64,000 nucleotides of DNA from Escherichia phage Lindwurm. Location: the sequence record NC_134264.1. The stretch is one strand, 5' to 3'. Positions 39,875 to 48,582 of the stretch are shown here, in pieces. A program made the translations under genes and the position numbers. Each line of letters starts with the position of its first letter. Within the stretch, counting starts at the first letter, position 1. Under the pieces are notes generated by a model. The model was not told the origin of the DNA, searched no databases, and was given only the letters and a program-made list of their open reading frames with translations.

Positions 39875-40846
39875 TTAATCGTATACTCGCTCTACTATGC
39901 ACGGGATTACACCACCAGCACGAATTACTCGAATCTGGCAACCGATCTCTAGATCGAGAGAGTTAATATAATCAACGTTATTAAGGGTCGCTTTAACAAT
40001 TGTAGCATCATCAATAATTACCGGCTCGAAATAACCAACTGGAGTTACTTTACCAGAAGCCCCTACCTGCCACTCAACTTTAGTAAGAGTTGTAATCTCG
40101 CCTTCTTCATCCTCTTTAATAGCGAATGCTCCACGAGGGAATTTATTAGTCCAGCCTTCACGGAAGAATTTGTTGTTGTCATTAATACGAACAACTTTAC
40201 CGTCCGTCGGAATCCATTTAAAGAAGGAACGCACATTAACAACTGTTAAGAAGTCCTCATTCTCTAGCCAAAGCATATCTTTTAAATATGCTTCTGTAAT
40301 ACCTACAGATTCAGCAGAACACTGGATACCGTATGCAACGAAGATTAGACCACCTTCTCCGATACGTTGTACGAAATCATCACTATCTTTGAGGTTAATA
40401 GCACCAGAGGCAAAGTTACGTTTATTTTCTACTTCTTTTGTAATTAGAACTTCACCAGTGATTTGAGTAGGTACTTTTTGGGAAATCTTTTTAGGAATAT
40501 TCAGCAATCTTACGTTGCTTGTGACATCATTCCCTAGAATACCATTACCACGAGTTAGTGCTTGAACAAATTCTCCATTAATATATAACAGAGAAATCGC
40601 ACAACCATCTAACTTATCAGTTTCTACTTGACCTAATGGGTTAAACGGAGGTTTATCCCCACGATTATAATAAACTTTCTGTAAAGAATACATACGATAC
40701 AGATGTGGGATATCTCCTTTAGGCCCAATCTCTTCCTCTATTGGGAATCTTTTAATAAGACGATCATATTCTTCATCAGAGATTAAAGACATTCCCTGGT
40801 AATACGCTTCTTGACAACGTTTAATAAAGTCTTTTACATTAGTCAT
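39875..40846 (-). CDS. NAD-dependent DNA ligase, N-terminal adenylation/OB subunit
   Basis: KxDG adenylation motif (ETDKLDGCA), LigA-type Ia/NTase features. Confidence 0.85.
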   Translation of the reverse strand: MTNVKDFIKRCQEAYYQGMSLISDEEYDRLIKRFPIEEEIGPKGDIPHLYRMYSLQKVYYNRGDKPPFNPLGQVETDKLDGCAISLLYINGEFVQALTRGNGILGNDVTSNVRLLNIPKKISQKVPTQITGEVLITKEVENKRNFASGAINLKDSDDFVQRIGEGGLIFVAYGIQCSAESVGITEAYLKDMLWLENEDFLTVVNVRSFFKWIPTDGKVVRINDNNKFFREGWTNKFPRGAFAIKEDEEGEITTLTKVEWQVGASGKVTPVGYFEPVIIDDATIVKATLNNVDYINSLDLEIGCQIRVIRAGGVIPCIVERVYD

Positions 40847-40877
40847 TTATTTATATCTCTCATCAATTTATATAAAT

Positions 40878-40906
40878 ATTATATAACAAAACTGAGTTGA
40901 AAGCAA
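40878..40906 (-). promoter_or_regulatory. sigma70-like promoter upstream of ligase adenylation subunit (TTGCTT-17-TATAAT)
   Basis: Read on - strand. Confidence 0.65.
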
Positions 40907-40914
40907 ATACATTT

Positions 40915-40948
40915 ATAAAGAAAAAGCCAAGAACTAGGCATTCTTGGC
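40915..40948 (-). terminator. hairpin terminator after PC4-like gene
   Basis: GCCAAGAA/TTCTTGGC stem then T-rich tract on - strand. Confidence 0.55.
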
Positions 40949-41242
40949 TTTGAGTTCTTCAGCTCGTTTCTGTACTTCATGTAAAACCTCAGATTCGCTA
41001 AGAATCTGTGTAAACGCATAGAAAAGCTGTGATGTTGTTTCTAGGGTGTAAGGAAAAGAGAAGCCAGATTTCGTTGGAAACCACTCATCATTAATATCAA
41101 GAAGCCAGTAACGAATACCCATGTATAGATTCCCACGAAATTCAGATACTGTTAATCTTACTTGTTCTCCCTCCTTCTCCCAAAGTATGATGGACTGGTC
41201 ATCAACGTGTCCTTCATAGTTTTGATTTACCTGTTCGCTCAT
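40934..41242 (-). CDS. PC4/YdbC-like ssDNA-binding protein (putative)
   Basis: SEFRGNLYMGIRYWLLDINDEWFPTKSGFSF resembles PC4-type fold signature. Confidence 0.5.
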   Translation of the reverse strand: MSEQVNQNYEGHVDDQSIILWEKEGEQVRLTVSEFRGNLYMGIRYWLLDINDEWFPTKSGFSFPYTLETTSQLFYAFTQILSESEVLHEVQKRAEELKAKNA

Positions 41243-41258
41243 TTACATATCCCAAATA

Positions 41259-41282
41259 CACAAAAAGCCCCATATAGGGGCT
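41259..41282 (-). terminator. hairpin terminator
   Basis: AGCCCC-ATATA-GGGGCT then TTTTTG on - strand. Confidence 0.6.
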
Positions 41283-41292
41283 AATTGGTTTC

Positions 41293-41589
41293 TTATCGGC
41301 CTACTGGAGAAGCACGATCTAACTCTGATTGGAGGCTAGTCACACGACGGACTTTCTCGACAGGAATAAAACGGAAGCTATCATTAGTACGAGAGAAGAC
41401 AAGGATTTCATCATCTTTCGCTTTACGAATACGTTCACGTTTAATACGCTCAGCCAGATATTTATCTTGGGCTGGATCAAATTCCATCGTACCCTGAAGG
41501 TACGTGGTTCCTTTCTGACGAAGTTTCTCGTAATGAAGATAAAACTCACCAAATTTTTCACATTGTGCGATAATTTCAGCTTTGGTCAT
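41293..41589 (-). CDS. hypothetical protein (98 aa)
   Basis: ORF followed on the - strand by hairpin terminator 41266..41282. Confidence 0.45.
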   Translation of the reverse strand: MTKAEIIAQCEKFGEFYLHYEKLRQKGTTYLQGTMEFDPAQDKYLAERIKRERIRKAKDDEILVFSRTNDSFRFIPVEKVRRVTSLQSELDRASPVGR

Positions 41590-41625
41590 AACTGTGTTCC
41601 TTTTGTTGGTGGATTTATCTAAAAA

Positions 41626-42036
41626 TTACTTAGTGATAGCTCGGATTGCTTCTGCCAGATGAGCGGCTGCTTTACCGGTCAGTTTGTCGATAATTGCATC
41701 ATCCAGAAAATCTGGTGCTAGGCCAGCATCAGAGAATGCTGAACGAAGATCGGCGTGGGCTTGGGCTTTGGAAGTACGAGAACCACCAGAAGCTTTTTCT
41801 CCAGTAGATGCGCTAGATTTAGAAGCGGAGCCCGCAGCTTTCTTGATATACAAACCTGCTTTAGTCAGCTTCATACGAAAACCGTTCGGAGTTACACCAT
41901 TTTCCTGGGCAATTTCGCTAACAATTTCCATGCTAACGCCTGGACGTTCATCCTCTGGAAATTGCTCCATACGAGCAACGTATTCGGAAGACATTTTTTC
42001 GAACAGTTCATCAGTCCACTGAGTTGGAGTAGTCAT
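41626..42036 (-). CDS. hypothetical protein with D5-like repeat module (136 aa)
   Basis: Shares the ~30-aa repeat seen in 38133..38900 (EIVSEIAQENGVTPNGFRMKLTKAGL). Confidence 0.5.
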   Translation of the reverse strand: MTTPTQWTDELFEKMSSEYVARMEQFPEDERPGVSMEIVSEIAQENGVTPNGFRMKLTKAGLYIKKAAGSASKSSASTGEKASGGSRTSKAQAHADLRSAFSDAGLAPDFLDDAIIDKLTGKAAAHLAEAIRAITK

Positions 42037-42093
42037 ATTTTATATTTCCTTAATTAAGAATTAAACAGAATAGTTCTTTCAAACTATGAGAAT

Positions 42094-42122
42094 ATTATAT
42101 CAAGAATTATAGGATTAAGCAA
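42094..42122 (-). promoter_or_regulatory. sigma70-like promoter (TTGCTT-17-TATAAT)
   Basis: Read on - strand, upstream of 41626..42036. Confidence 0.6.
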
Positions 42123-42139
42123 CTGAAATTTTTAAGTAG

Positions 42140-42415
42140 TTACTCCACTAGGCCAACAGCGAGCATATCATCGATGCTGGCAACCTCCCAATCGTCCGCA
42201 ATAGCTTCGCATACTGTTAATGCGACAACCTCGCTATACGGATAGTTACCAGCTACCCAAGTATGCTGAGTAACTACATCTGAGTCAGCATCTAGAGTTA
42301 GTAATACTAAGCCATTATTATCATTATCCCAGCTTCTACGATACAGAGTTTTTACTTCCCCATCTTTAAGCAAATCTGTTAGCTTACTCACGGCGTTTTC
42401 CTTTTTCTTTATCAA
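42140..42415 (-). CDS. hypothetical acidic protein (91 aa)
   Basis: ORF with start overlapping upstream gene end. Confidence 0.4.
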   Translation of the reverse strand: MIKKKENAVSKLTDLLKDGEVKTLYRRSWDNDNNGLVLLTLDADSDVVTQHTWVAGNYPYSEVVALTVCEAIADDWEVASIDDMLAVGLVE

Positions 42416-43088
42416 GTTTCAGGGCAGCCTTAACAGCTTCGTTAATCAACGTAATAATTTCTTCACGAGTCCACTTATATCCTAGAGATTTTACGTCAAC
42501 CCCTAGCTTTTCCAGATGTTTAACAGAAGCCAGCTCGTAATTCATATAATGAACGTTCTGTTGTTTGCCTTCTGATAGAAGCCATACACGGTAACAACCA
42601 ACAGGATTATCCATTGCTTTTTTGATTTCACCGATACACTGGTATCCAGGAACCCAAACAAGCTCACCAACTGCAAATTCTTCTGCTACAGCATCATCAG
42701 GAATAATTGGAGGATTCAATGGATCTACAATATCGTTCAAACGAAGCAGAGCACCGTATCGTTCCAGAACAGATTTAACCATTGCTACAGAGCGATAATT
42801 ACGATCGGCAATTTCTTCGAAAGAATCACCAGATAAATACTGCTCAATAACGTTAGCTAACTCAATGCCTTCAATAAGTGTGCCGCGTTTCTTTTTCTTC
42901 ATTTCGGCAACTTGAATCTGACGGTCTTGCCATTCTTCAATCATCCTTTCCATAGTTGGATTGGATGATACGCCGAGCATTTCACATGCTGCTTTCTTAG
43001 TACCACCGTTCTCCAGATGCTCTATAACCTTTTTAAAGACTTCATCGGGGATTTCATGGATATGTTTCTTTCTACGAGAACCAGCCAT
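42384..43088 (-). CDS. putative HTH transcriptional regulator (234 aa), first gene after PN25-like promoter
   Basis: N-terminal HTH-like GGTKKAACEMLGVS; strong promoter and AGGAG RBS upstream. Confidence 0.5.
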   Translation of the reverse strand: MAGSRRKKHIHEIPDEVFKKVIEHLENGGTKKAACEMLGVSSNPTMERMIEEWQDRQIQVAEMKKKKRGTLIEGIELANVIEQYLSGDSFEEIADRNYRSVAMVKSVLERYGALLRLNDIVDPLNPPIIPDDAVAEEFAVGELVWVPGYQCIGEIKKAMDNPVGCYRVWLLSEGKQQNVHYMNYELASVKHLEKLGVDVKSLGYKWTREEIITLINEAVKAALKLDKEKGKRRE

Positions 43089-43119
43089 ATTTAAACTCCT
43101 CTCTCAAATTTATGAATCT

Positions 43120-43148
43120 ATTATACAGAAATTTTTTCCTGAAAGCAA
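43120..43148 (-). promoter_or_regulatory. strong early promoter resembling the classical T5 PN25 promoter
   Basis: - strand reads TTGCTTTCAGGAAAAAATTTCTGTATAATAGATTCATAAATTTGAGAGAGGAGTT, nearly identical to PN25 as I recall it. Confidence 0.8.
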
Positions 43149-43156
43149 ATAAATTT

Positions 43157-43615
43157 TTAATTTGGATAGAGTTCGGACTTAAAATTAGCCCTAACTTTTT
43201 TAGCCTCTTCTATAGTATTGCACTGCTGGTACTTACGAATAGATCCTTTCTGCATTAGCACACAATATTTATCGCCCCTCATGTAAATATTAGGCTCGCC
43301 CAACTTATTGTCTTTACGTACATTAATATTGTGCATTTGCTTAGATCTATTGGAGTCTTCTAGATTCTCTATAAAGTTGCAATCTTTAATCCTGTTTTTG
43401 TGATCTATCTCTTCTGGTATATATCCCTTATGGTATAAGAATACCAACTGATGCTCTCCCCAGTGCCTACGCTTAAACCCTATTCTTATATACCCTTTAT
43501 GTTTACCACCGGCAAACTTACCTACTAGACCCTTCTGTCTTGTTTTCTTCCATTTAAGGTGGCCTGTTTCAGGATCATACTCAAAAGCCTCTCTAACCTC
43601 TTCCTGTGTTATCAT
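43157..43615 (-). CDS. HNH homing endonuclease (152 aa)
   Basis: YDPETG...FLYHKGYIPEEIDHKNRIKDCNFIENL; paralog of 59013..59561. Confidence 0.8.
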   Translation of the reverse strand: MITQEEVREAFEYDPETGHLKWKKTRQKGLVGKFAGGKHKGYIRIGFKRRHWGEHQLVFLYHKGYIPEEIDHKNRIKDCNFIENLEDSNRSKQMHNINVRKDNKLGEPNIYMRGDKYCVLMQKGSIRKYQQCNTIEEAKKVRANFKSELYPN

Positions 43616-43853
43616 TTTCTTTAATCAATTCTCCCAATTCTCTATAGATTTGATCTAACTCAAAAGATATACGTAGTGATACACTTTGCTTTCTCTGCTT
43701 TAGCAACCATGCGCCTATGCCATTTATGGATGCTAGTCTAGCAGGAACCACCCTACATAGCTTCTCCGTAGTATCATAAACAGGAACTTTACGTTCTTTT
43801 ACTGGGAACTTCCTTGTTTCCCATTTTTTATTCTTCACTGTCATTTCTAGCAC
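43593..43853 (-). CDS. hypothetical small protein (86 aa)
   Basis: ORF overlapping both neighbours; weak. Confidence 0.3.
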   Translation of the reverse strand: MLEMTVKNKKWETRKFPVKERKVPVYDTTEKLCRVVPARLASINGIGAWLLKQRKQSVSLRISFELDQIYRELGELIKENDNTGRG

Positions 43854-46617
43854 CTAGCTCTGCCATTGCTTCATCATGCATATGTTTTTCCTCATCAGTC
43901 ATAAACTTATACGGGATTGGCATACACTCGATTTTACAATAGGTTCTGTACCAGTCTACAATATTCTCCGTGTTCATATCCTTACCAATACCCATCATAC
44001 CAAGATACATTCTTGCATATTTTGGGTTAGCACTCTGACCTGTTTTAAGGAAGAAATCTTTCTTCTTACCTTTCAGGGCTTCTATGAATGGTTTGATAGT
44101 GACATTTGAACACTTCTTAATATCTTCCCAGAACATCTCGTGCATTTTATGGAAGAATGCCGCTCGATCATTCGGTTTATCCTTGATATATTGTTCGACA
44201 TGCTCAACTGTTACATCTTTAATAGACTCAAGATGATAGTAGCGAACAAGAAGTAGTTTAGCTTCATACGCATCTGCATGGCGTGGAGCACAATAATCAG
44301 GAGTTGAATACAAAATAGCTTTGATTCGCTCTTCCGTATATTCCTTACCAGCACCTTCGATAGTTCCCCAGCTTTCACTGAAAATATCAATAGTTGCACC
44401 CTGATCAAGCAAGTAATAACGTAAAGTACTAGTATAGTTTCTAGATTCCAGCTCTCTACGACGTGCGTATAATTGCTGTGCTAACTCTAGCCAACCTTCA
44501 TCAATGTTATATTGCTCAGAACCTGCGGAGAATCCACTCGTAGATTTATCAATAAAATAATAAATGTTCTGAGCGCCGCGGTCGCGCCTGATTGCTTGAA
44601 AACGCATGTTTGGCGCTTGGTTGCTGGTTCTAGTAATAACGAATACGTTATCAAAGTAGTTGAAGTCAACGCCACTCGTTACGGATGGACTACATAATAA
44701 GCAATCAATTTGTTGGTCAATCAGCTCATTAGTTGTGTAATCCAGAATACGTCGAATATCTACATCGGATGTAGAATTTGAGTGGATTTCCTTAACTAAC
44801 GCACCCGTATTACGACGCAATGCCATGCCCTTCTCATTCAGTTCATCCGGTCCACAGTCAGATACTAGGATAGATTTCTCACCCATCTCTAGAGAGGTCT
44901 GAAGTGCAACCCAAATACTAGATTCATCAGGGAACTCATAAGCATGGGCTTTTGACAGCATTTTACGGTGATGATTATAAAATGCAACCGGTTTATCAAA
45001 CTCAATCAAAGAACCATATGCTTCAATTGTTTCTGCACTAATATCCCCATCAGATAATATAATGATTTTTGCAGTTGCAAGAATATCCCGAAGAACCTGA
45101 ATACATTCACGACGTTGTTTAACAACCGGGGCGAATAATAGGTCATTCATTACAGCATCACATTCATCGATAAAGATTGCATCAATTTGACCAATAAAAC
45201 TCTTGAACTTATGCAAAGAGTGAATAGTTGTGGACATACGGTCAATAGCACCACGCTTAAAATTAAGCATATCTACAGACTTATCATATTGCCCTGCACT
45301 AAATTTCTTAGCATTTGAAGATACCAGTGCTCGAGTATTGGTAATTGCTAAGAAATTACCTTTAATAACTCCTGAATCTAACCAACGCACAACCGCCGTA
45401 GTTTTACCTGTACCTAGACTTGCTTTTACAAAAGTCATATAACCTTCTGGTGGTACAGTATTTAATTTCAAGAAGTTATCAGTTTCTAGAGAATTAGTTT
45501 CTAGCTTTTTAAGTGGAATACCTTTTAAAACATCAGGTATATCGCGTTTAGAATTATTAACAAACGCTTTCAGAGCCTGTTTACGACCGTTATTAAAGTA
45601 ATCTTGAATATTACGACTATTATCTTTAGTTGCAATATATTCTGATAAGGCTGGACGGATTTCTTTTTCTAGCCATGCAAAATCAACACCATCCTCTAAA
45701 GCTCTGTGATAGAGTTTAGGAATAATACGTAGATACACTCCATCCTCAGCTTCTTCTAGTTCGCTGATAGTTTCCTCTACTTTATCAGAGGCAGCTTTTT
45801 TACCTTTAATTTGGTCGAGTAAAGAGTAAAACTCCTCCTTAAACTCACCTCTAGTTGTTTCATAGTCAACCAGATTATTGGGTAAATTTACTTTAGAACC
45901 CTTAACAAATACCAGACGTGAAGCACCCTCCGCTTTAAACGGATCTACTATACCATCGGTAAATAACGGATCTGCAAAATAATGGAGCTGTACGGAAGAG
46001 TAATAAGCTAAGTCGGCAATATCAAAGCCATACTTTTGTCTACTACTTTCGTTGATAGATGTAAATAAGAATTTGATTTGACCCTGAGTTACTTTAACAT
46101 TAGATTCTAGTATTAAGTGCATTCGGATACCTGGTTTTAGCCCAGCCGAAGACGATGCATGAGCGATAAACCCTGCATCAAGGGGAAACATGTCCTCACT
46201 AATACTATTTAACATTCTAATAATATGTCGAGCCATGCCAACAAGATCAAACTTGTTACAACCACCTGTATCTACAATACCATCCACATCCATTGCAATT
46301 ATATGACTTGGGTTAGATACATTAAAGTTGCCCTTCTTACGTCGCACATTATTTTTAGGTGCAAGACATCGACCTCGTACCGCAACGATATGAGGGTCAG
46401 ACGTTAAACGTCTCATAAGAGGAAGCATTTCTACTAGGGTTTGAGGATCAACTTCATCAATTACATCAAACTTGAAGGGCATTGAAGCTGGTTTACCTTC
46501 AGGATGCTTTGAAGAAAATCTTTTAGCAAAAAGATAGTCTTCTGCTTTAACTTCTCGCCAATTGCCTGTGGCTAAATCGCGATGAAATCCTGCATGACCT
46601 TGTAGGATTGAGAACAC
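43828..46617 (-). CDS. SF2-type helicase / replication origin-binding-like protein
   Basis: Walker A SLGTGKTT, Walker B IFIDECD; start moved to GTG 46617 7 nt after AGGAG (first-start call at 46695 is TTG without RBS). Confidence 0.65.
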   Translation of the reverse strand: MFSILQGHAGFHRDLATGNWREVKAEDYLFAKRFSSKHPEGKPASMPFKFDVIDEVDPQTLVEMLPLMRRLTSDPHIVAVRGRCLAPKNNVRRKKGNFNVSNPSHIIAMDVDGIVDTGGCNKFDLVGMARHIIRMLNSISEDMFPLDAGFIAHASSSAGLKPGIRMHLILESNVKVTQGQIKFLFTSINESSRQKYGFDIADLAYYSSVQLHYFADPLFTDGIVDPFKAEGASRLVFVKGSKVNLPNNLVDYETTRGEFKEEFYSLLDQIKGKKAASDKVEETISELEEAEDGVYLRIIPKLYHRALEDGVDFAWLEKEIRPALSEYIATKDNSRNIQDYFNNGRKQALKAFVNNSKRDIPDVLKGIPLKKLETNSLETDNFLKLNTVPPEGYMTFVKASLGTGKTTAVVRWLDSGVIKGNFLAITNTRALVSSNAKKFSAGQYDKSVDMLNFKRGAIDRMSTTIHSLHKFKSFIGQIDAIFIDECDAVMNDLLFAPVVKQRRECIQVLRDILATAKIIILSDGDISAETIEAYGSLIEFDKPVAFYNHHRKMLSKAHAYEFPDESSIWVALQTSLEMGEKSILVSDCGPDELNEKGMALRRNTGALVKEIHSNSTSDVDIRRILDYTTNELIDQQIDCLLCSPSVTSGVDFNYFDNVFVITRTSNQAPNMRFQAIRRDRGAQNIYYFIDKSTSGFSAGSEQYNIDEGWLELAQQLYARRRELESRNYTSTLRYYLLDQGATIDIFSESWGTIEGAGKEYTEERIKAILYSTPDYCAPRHADAYEAKLLLVRYYHLESIKDVTVEHVEQYIKDKPNDRAAFFHKMHEMFWEDIKKCSNVTIKPFIEALKGKKKDFFLKTGQSANPKYARMYLGMMGIGKDMNTENIVDWYRTYCKIECMPIPYKFMTDEEKHMHDEAMAELGARNDSEE

Positions 46618-47116
46618 AACAATACTCCTGTGTTGGAAATGAAATAAGTTTTCTTTAGGACTATTCAGAAAGAATAGAACAACTGTTACTGTCAATTTCT
46701 CAACAAATTAATTGCAAATACTGAAGTGGGGTGGCAACTTCCACTTTCACGCTGCGCTGCTGCTTTGCTATACCGCACAAATCCTTGAGGATGGCCGCTA
46801 AGCCAGATTTGCTCACCTAATGCTTCATATACTAGCTCATACTAGATGCAATATAACTTACAGAATCACGTCTCGGAGTTTTTCACTCCTCCCGTCTCAC
46901 TTCACAACCACCTCTATCTAGGTTGCTTCGAGGCCTTACCAGGGTTCCTACGGGACGCAGATCGCTAAGTATTCTATTAACTATTTGTTTAAAAACTAAC
47001 ACGTAACAGTTAAAACAACCCTTAATGGGGCAGCCTAACTGTTCCGTATCGCGGATTGTAAACAAGAAAAATTAGCAAAATCAATTTTTACTAATGTCTC
47101 TCAATTCAATATAAAT

Positions 47117-47145
47117 ATTATATCAAGATTTTGGGCATCCTGCAA
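47117..47145 (-). promoter_or_regulatory. sigma70-like promoter (TTGCAG-17-TATAAT) at head of long non-coding leader
   Basis: Read on - strand; transcript would run ~500 nt before next CDS. Confidence 0.55.
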
Positions 47146-47236
47146 GTAAAATTTTCCGGATGGTGCTATCATTGGTCTTGAGTACGGATAAAACCGAGCC
47201 AAAATGACTCGGTAATCAGAGTTCAGCTAATAAAAA

Positions 47237-47629
47237 TCATTCATCATTTAATCCCGGAACATAGATCCCAACACGGTTTAATTGTTCTTTAGCTTCTTTG
47301 AGAATATCTGGAGTGTACTCCCAAATATCATCTTCCACCTGTAAAAGATGGGGCGAACAACCATCATCCGGCACACGACATATGGCCAAACCACGTGGAT
47401 GGAACAAAGAGAAGTTTAGGGCAACAATCAAGCCCATAGCAGACAATTCATTCCAATCCAATTCCCATTCCCCCGCGTAGCCGGATAGGAAAACACCAAC
47501 ACAGGGATCATCTGTTTGCTGCTCAGGAAAAGTGAAGGAGGCTTGTCTTACCCCCAACCAACGTTGTAGCAGCTTCTCCGCACGTTTCACCAAACTAGGG
47601 TCAATCTGACGCCAATATACTTGTTCCAT
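47237..47629 (-). CDS. hypothetical protein, paralog A (130 aa)
   Basis: Paralogous to 47639..48067 (PCVGVFLSGYAGEWELDW...MGLIVALNF vs PCIGLIVQVEEDLEEIVGWKELDEMGLVFALNY). Confidence 0.55.
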   Translation of the reverse strand: MEQVYWRQIDPSLVKRAEKLLQRWLGVRQASFTFPEQQTDDPCVGVFLSGYAGEWELDWNELSAMGLIVALNFSLFHPRGLAICRVPDDGCSPHLLQVEDDIWEYTPDILKEAKEQLNRVGIYVPGLNDE

Positions 47630-47638
47630 TATGCCTCC

Positions 47639-48067
47639 TTAGGCAGTTAAACCTGGGATCATATACCCGAAACGTCGAAGTTTCTGAATCCCCTCATTTA
47701 CTTCTTCCGGTGAGTAAGACCAACCATAACGTTCATTAATCTGAAAACCAGGAGATTCACTAGTTTTATAGTTAACAACTAGGCGATGCTTAGCAGGCAT
47801 AAACAGCTTATAGTTTAACGCAAAAACTAAGCCCATTTCGTCTAACTCTTTCCAGCCCACAATCTCTTCAAGATCCTCCTCTACCTGAACAATTAAACCA
47901 ATACAGGGAGCCTCATCAATATCATCTTTAAAAGCAAAGGAGATTTCGTTATTCTCACACCATATTTTCAAAGAGTTAATAGCCTCATTATACAGGCTAG
48001 CCGGGAGAGTACGCCAAAAGTTAACTAAAATTGGGTTAGCTTCTTTAGAGAATACATTATTGAACAT
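47639..48067 (-). CDS. hypothetical protein, paralog B (142 aa)
   Basis: Tandem paralog of 47237..47629; C-terminal RFGYMIPGLT vs RVGIYVPGLN. Confidence 0.55.
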   Translation of the reverse strand: MFNNVFSKEANPILVNFWRTLPASLYNEAINSLKIWCENNEISFAFKDDIDEAPCIGLIVQVEEDLEEIVGWKELDEMGLVFALNYKLFMPAKHRLVVNYKTSESPGFQINERYGWSYSPEEVNEGIQKLRRFGYMIPGLTA

Positions 48068-48069
48068 AT

Positions 48070-48582
48070 TTACACCTTAAATTGTTGCAAGGATTTACAC
48101 ATTTCAAGATTTGGGCTAAATTCTAGCATATAGCTAACAGCTTTTAAATCTTGAAGATTTATCCCAGTCCTACCGTTGACTATAACCGTTGGATACTGAT
48201 ACATCATAGCACCCGCATCATCAAGCACACACCAATGTTTGAGCTTATGCTTTTCAACGAAGCGAAGAACAGAATTACCCCTAGATAATCCACCCCCAGT
48301 AAAATCCGTTGTACCAAGAAAACGATCGATAAGACCTAATCCGGTCATAATCTGAATGTTCTCCATCTCATTTCTGACAGAGAACCAAGATGATACTCCA
48401 ACAATCATTATTGGAGAAGGACGAATAAAGTCCTGAAAAGCCTTGAGAAGCGGTTTGAAAACCCAATCACTTCCAAAGAAAATCTTTTCATCATCAGGCG
48501 CATGATATTGGGAGATGCTCGAATTGAGCACCCCATCAATGTCTAGAAAAATAATTGGAGTATTACTTATTTCCTGACACAT
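48070..48582 (-). CDS. HAD-superfamily hydrolase (possible nucleotidase/phosphatase)
   Basis: HAD motif I FLDIDGVLN near N-terminus; ~170 aa. Confidence 0.6.
   Translation of the reverse strand: MCQEISNTPIIFLDIDGVLNSSISQYHAPDDEKIFFGSDWVFKPLLKAFQDFIRPSPIMIVGVSSWFSVRNEMENIQIMTGLGLIDRFLGTTDFTGGGLSRGNSVLRFVEKHKLKHWCVLDDAGAMMYQYPTVIVNGRTGINLQDLKAVSYMLEFSPNLEMCKSLQQFKV

Noticed and set aside
43828-46695. N-terminal extensions from first-start ORF calling (here 46695; also 1345, 28650, 38101, 53480, 52458)
   Set aside because: Extended starts are TTG/GTG or ATG codons without RBS and overlap upstream genes; downstream in-frame starts with Shine-Dalgarno sequences were preferred.
46883-47065. 60-aa ORF in the long non-coding leader
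   Set aside because: TTG start with no Shine-Dalgarno; the region is better explained as leader or structured RNA. Kept only as a remote possibility of a small Cys-containing peptide.
46696-47236. Possible tRNA genes in the GC-rich non-coding region (and in 63650..64000)
   Set aside because: No segment could be folded by eye into a cloverleaf with a T-loop (GTTCRANYC) and matching acceptor stem on either strand; needs tRNAscan-type confirmation.
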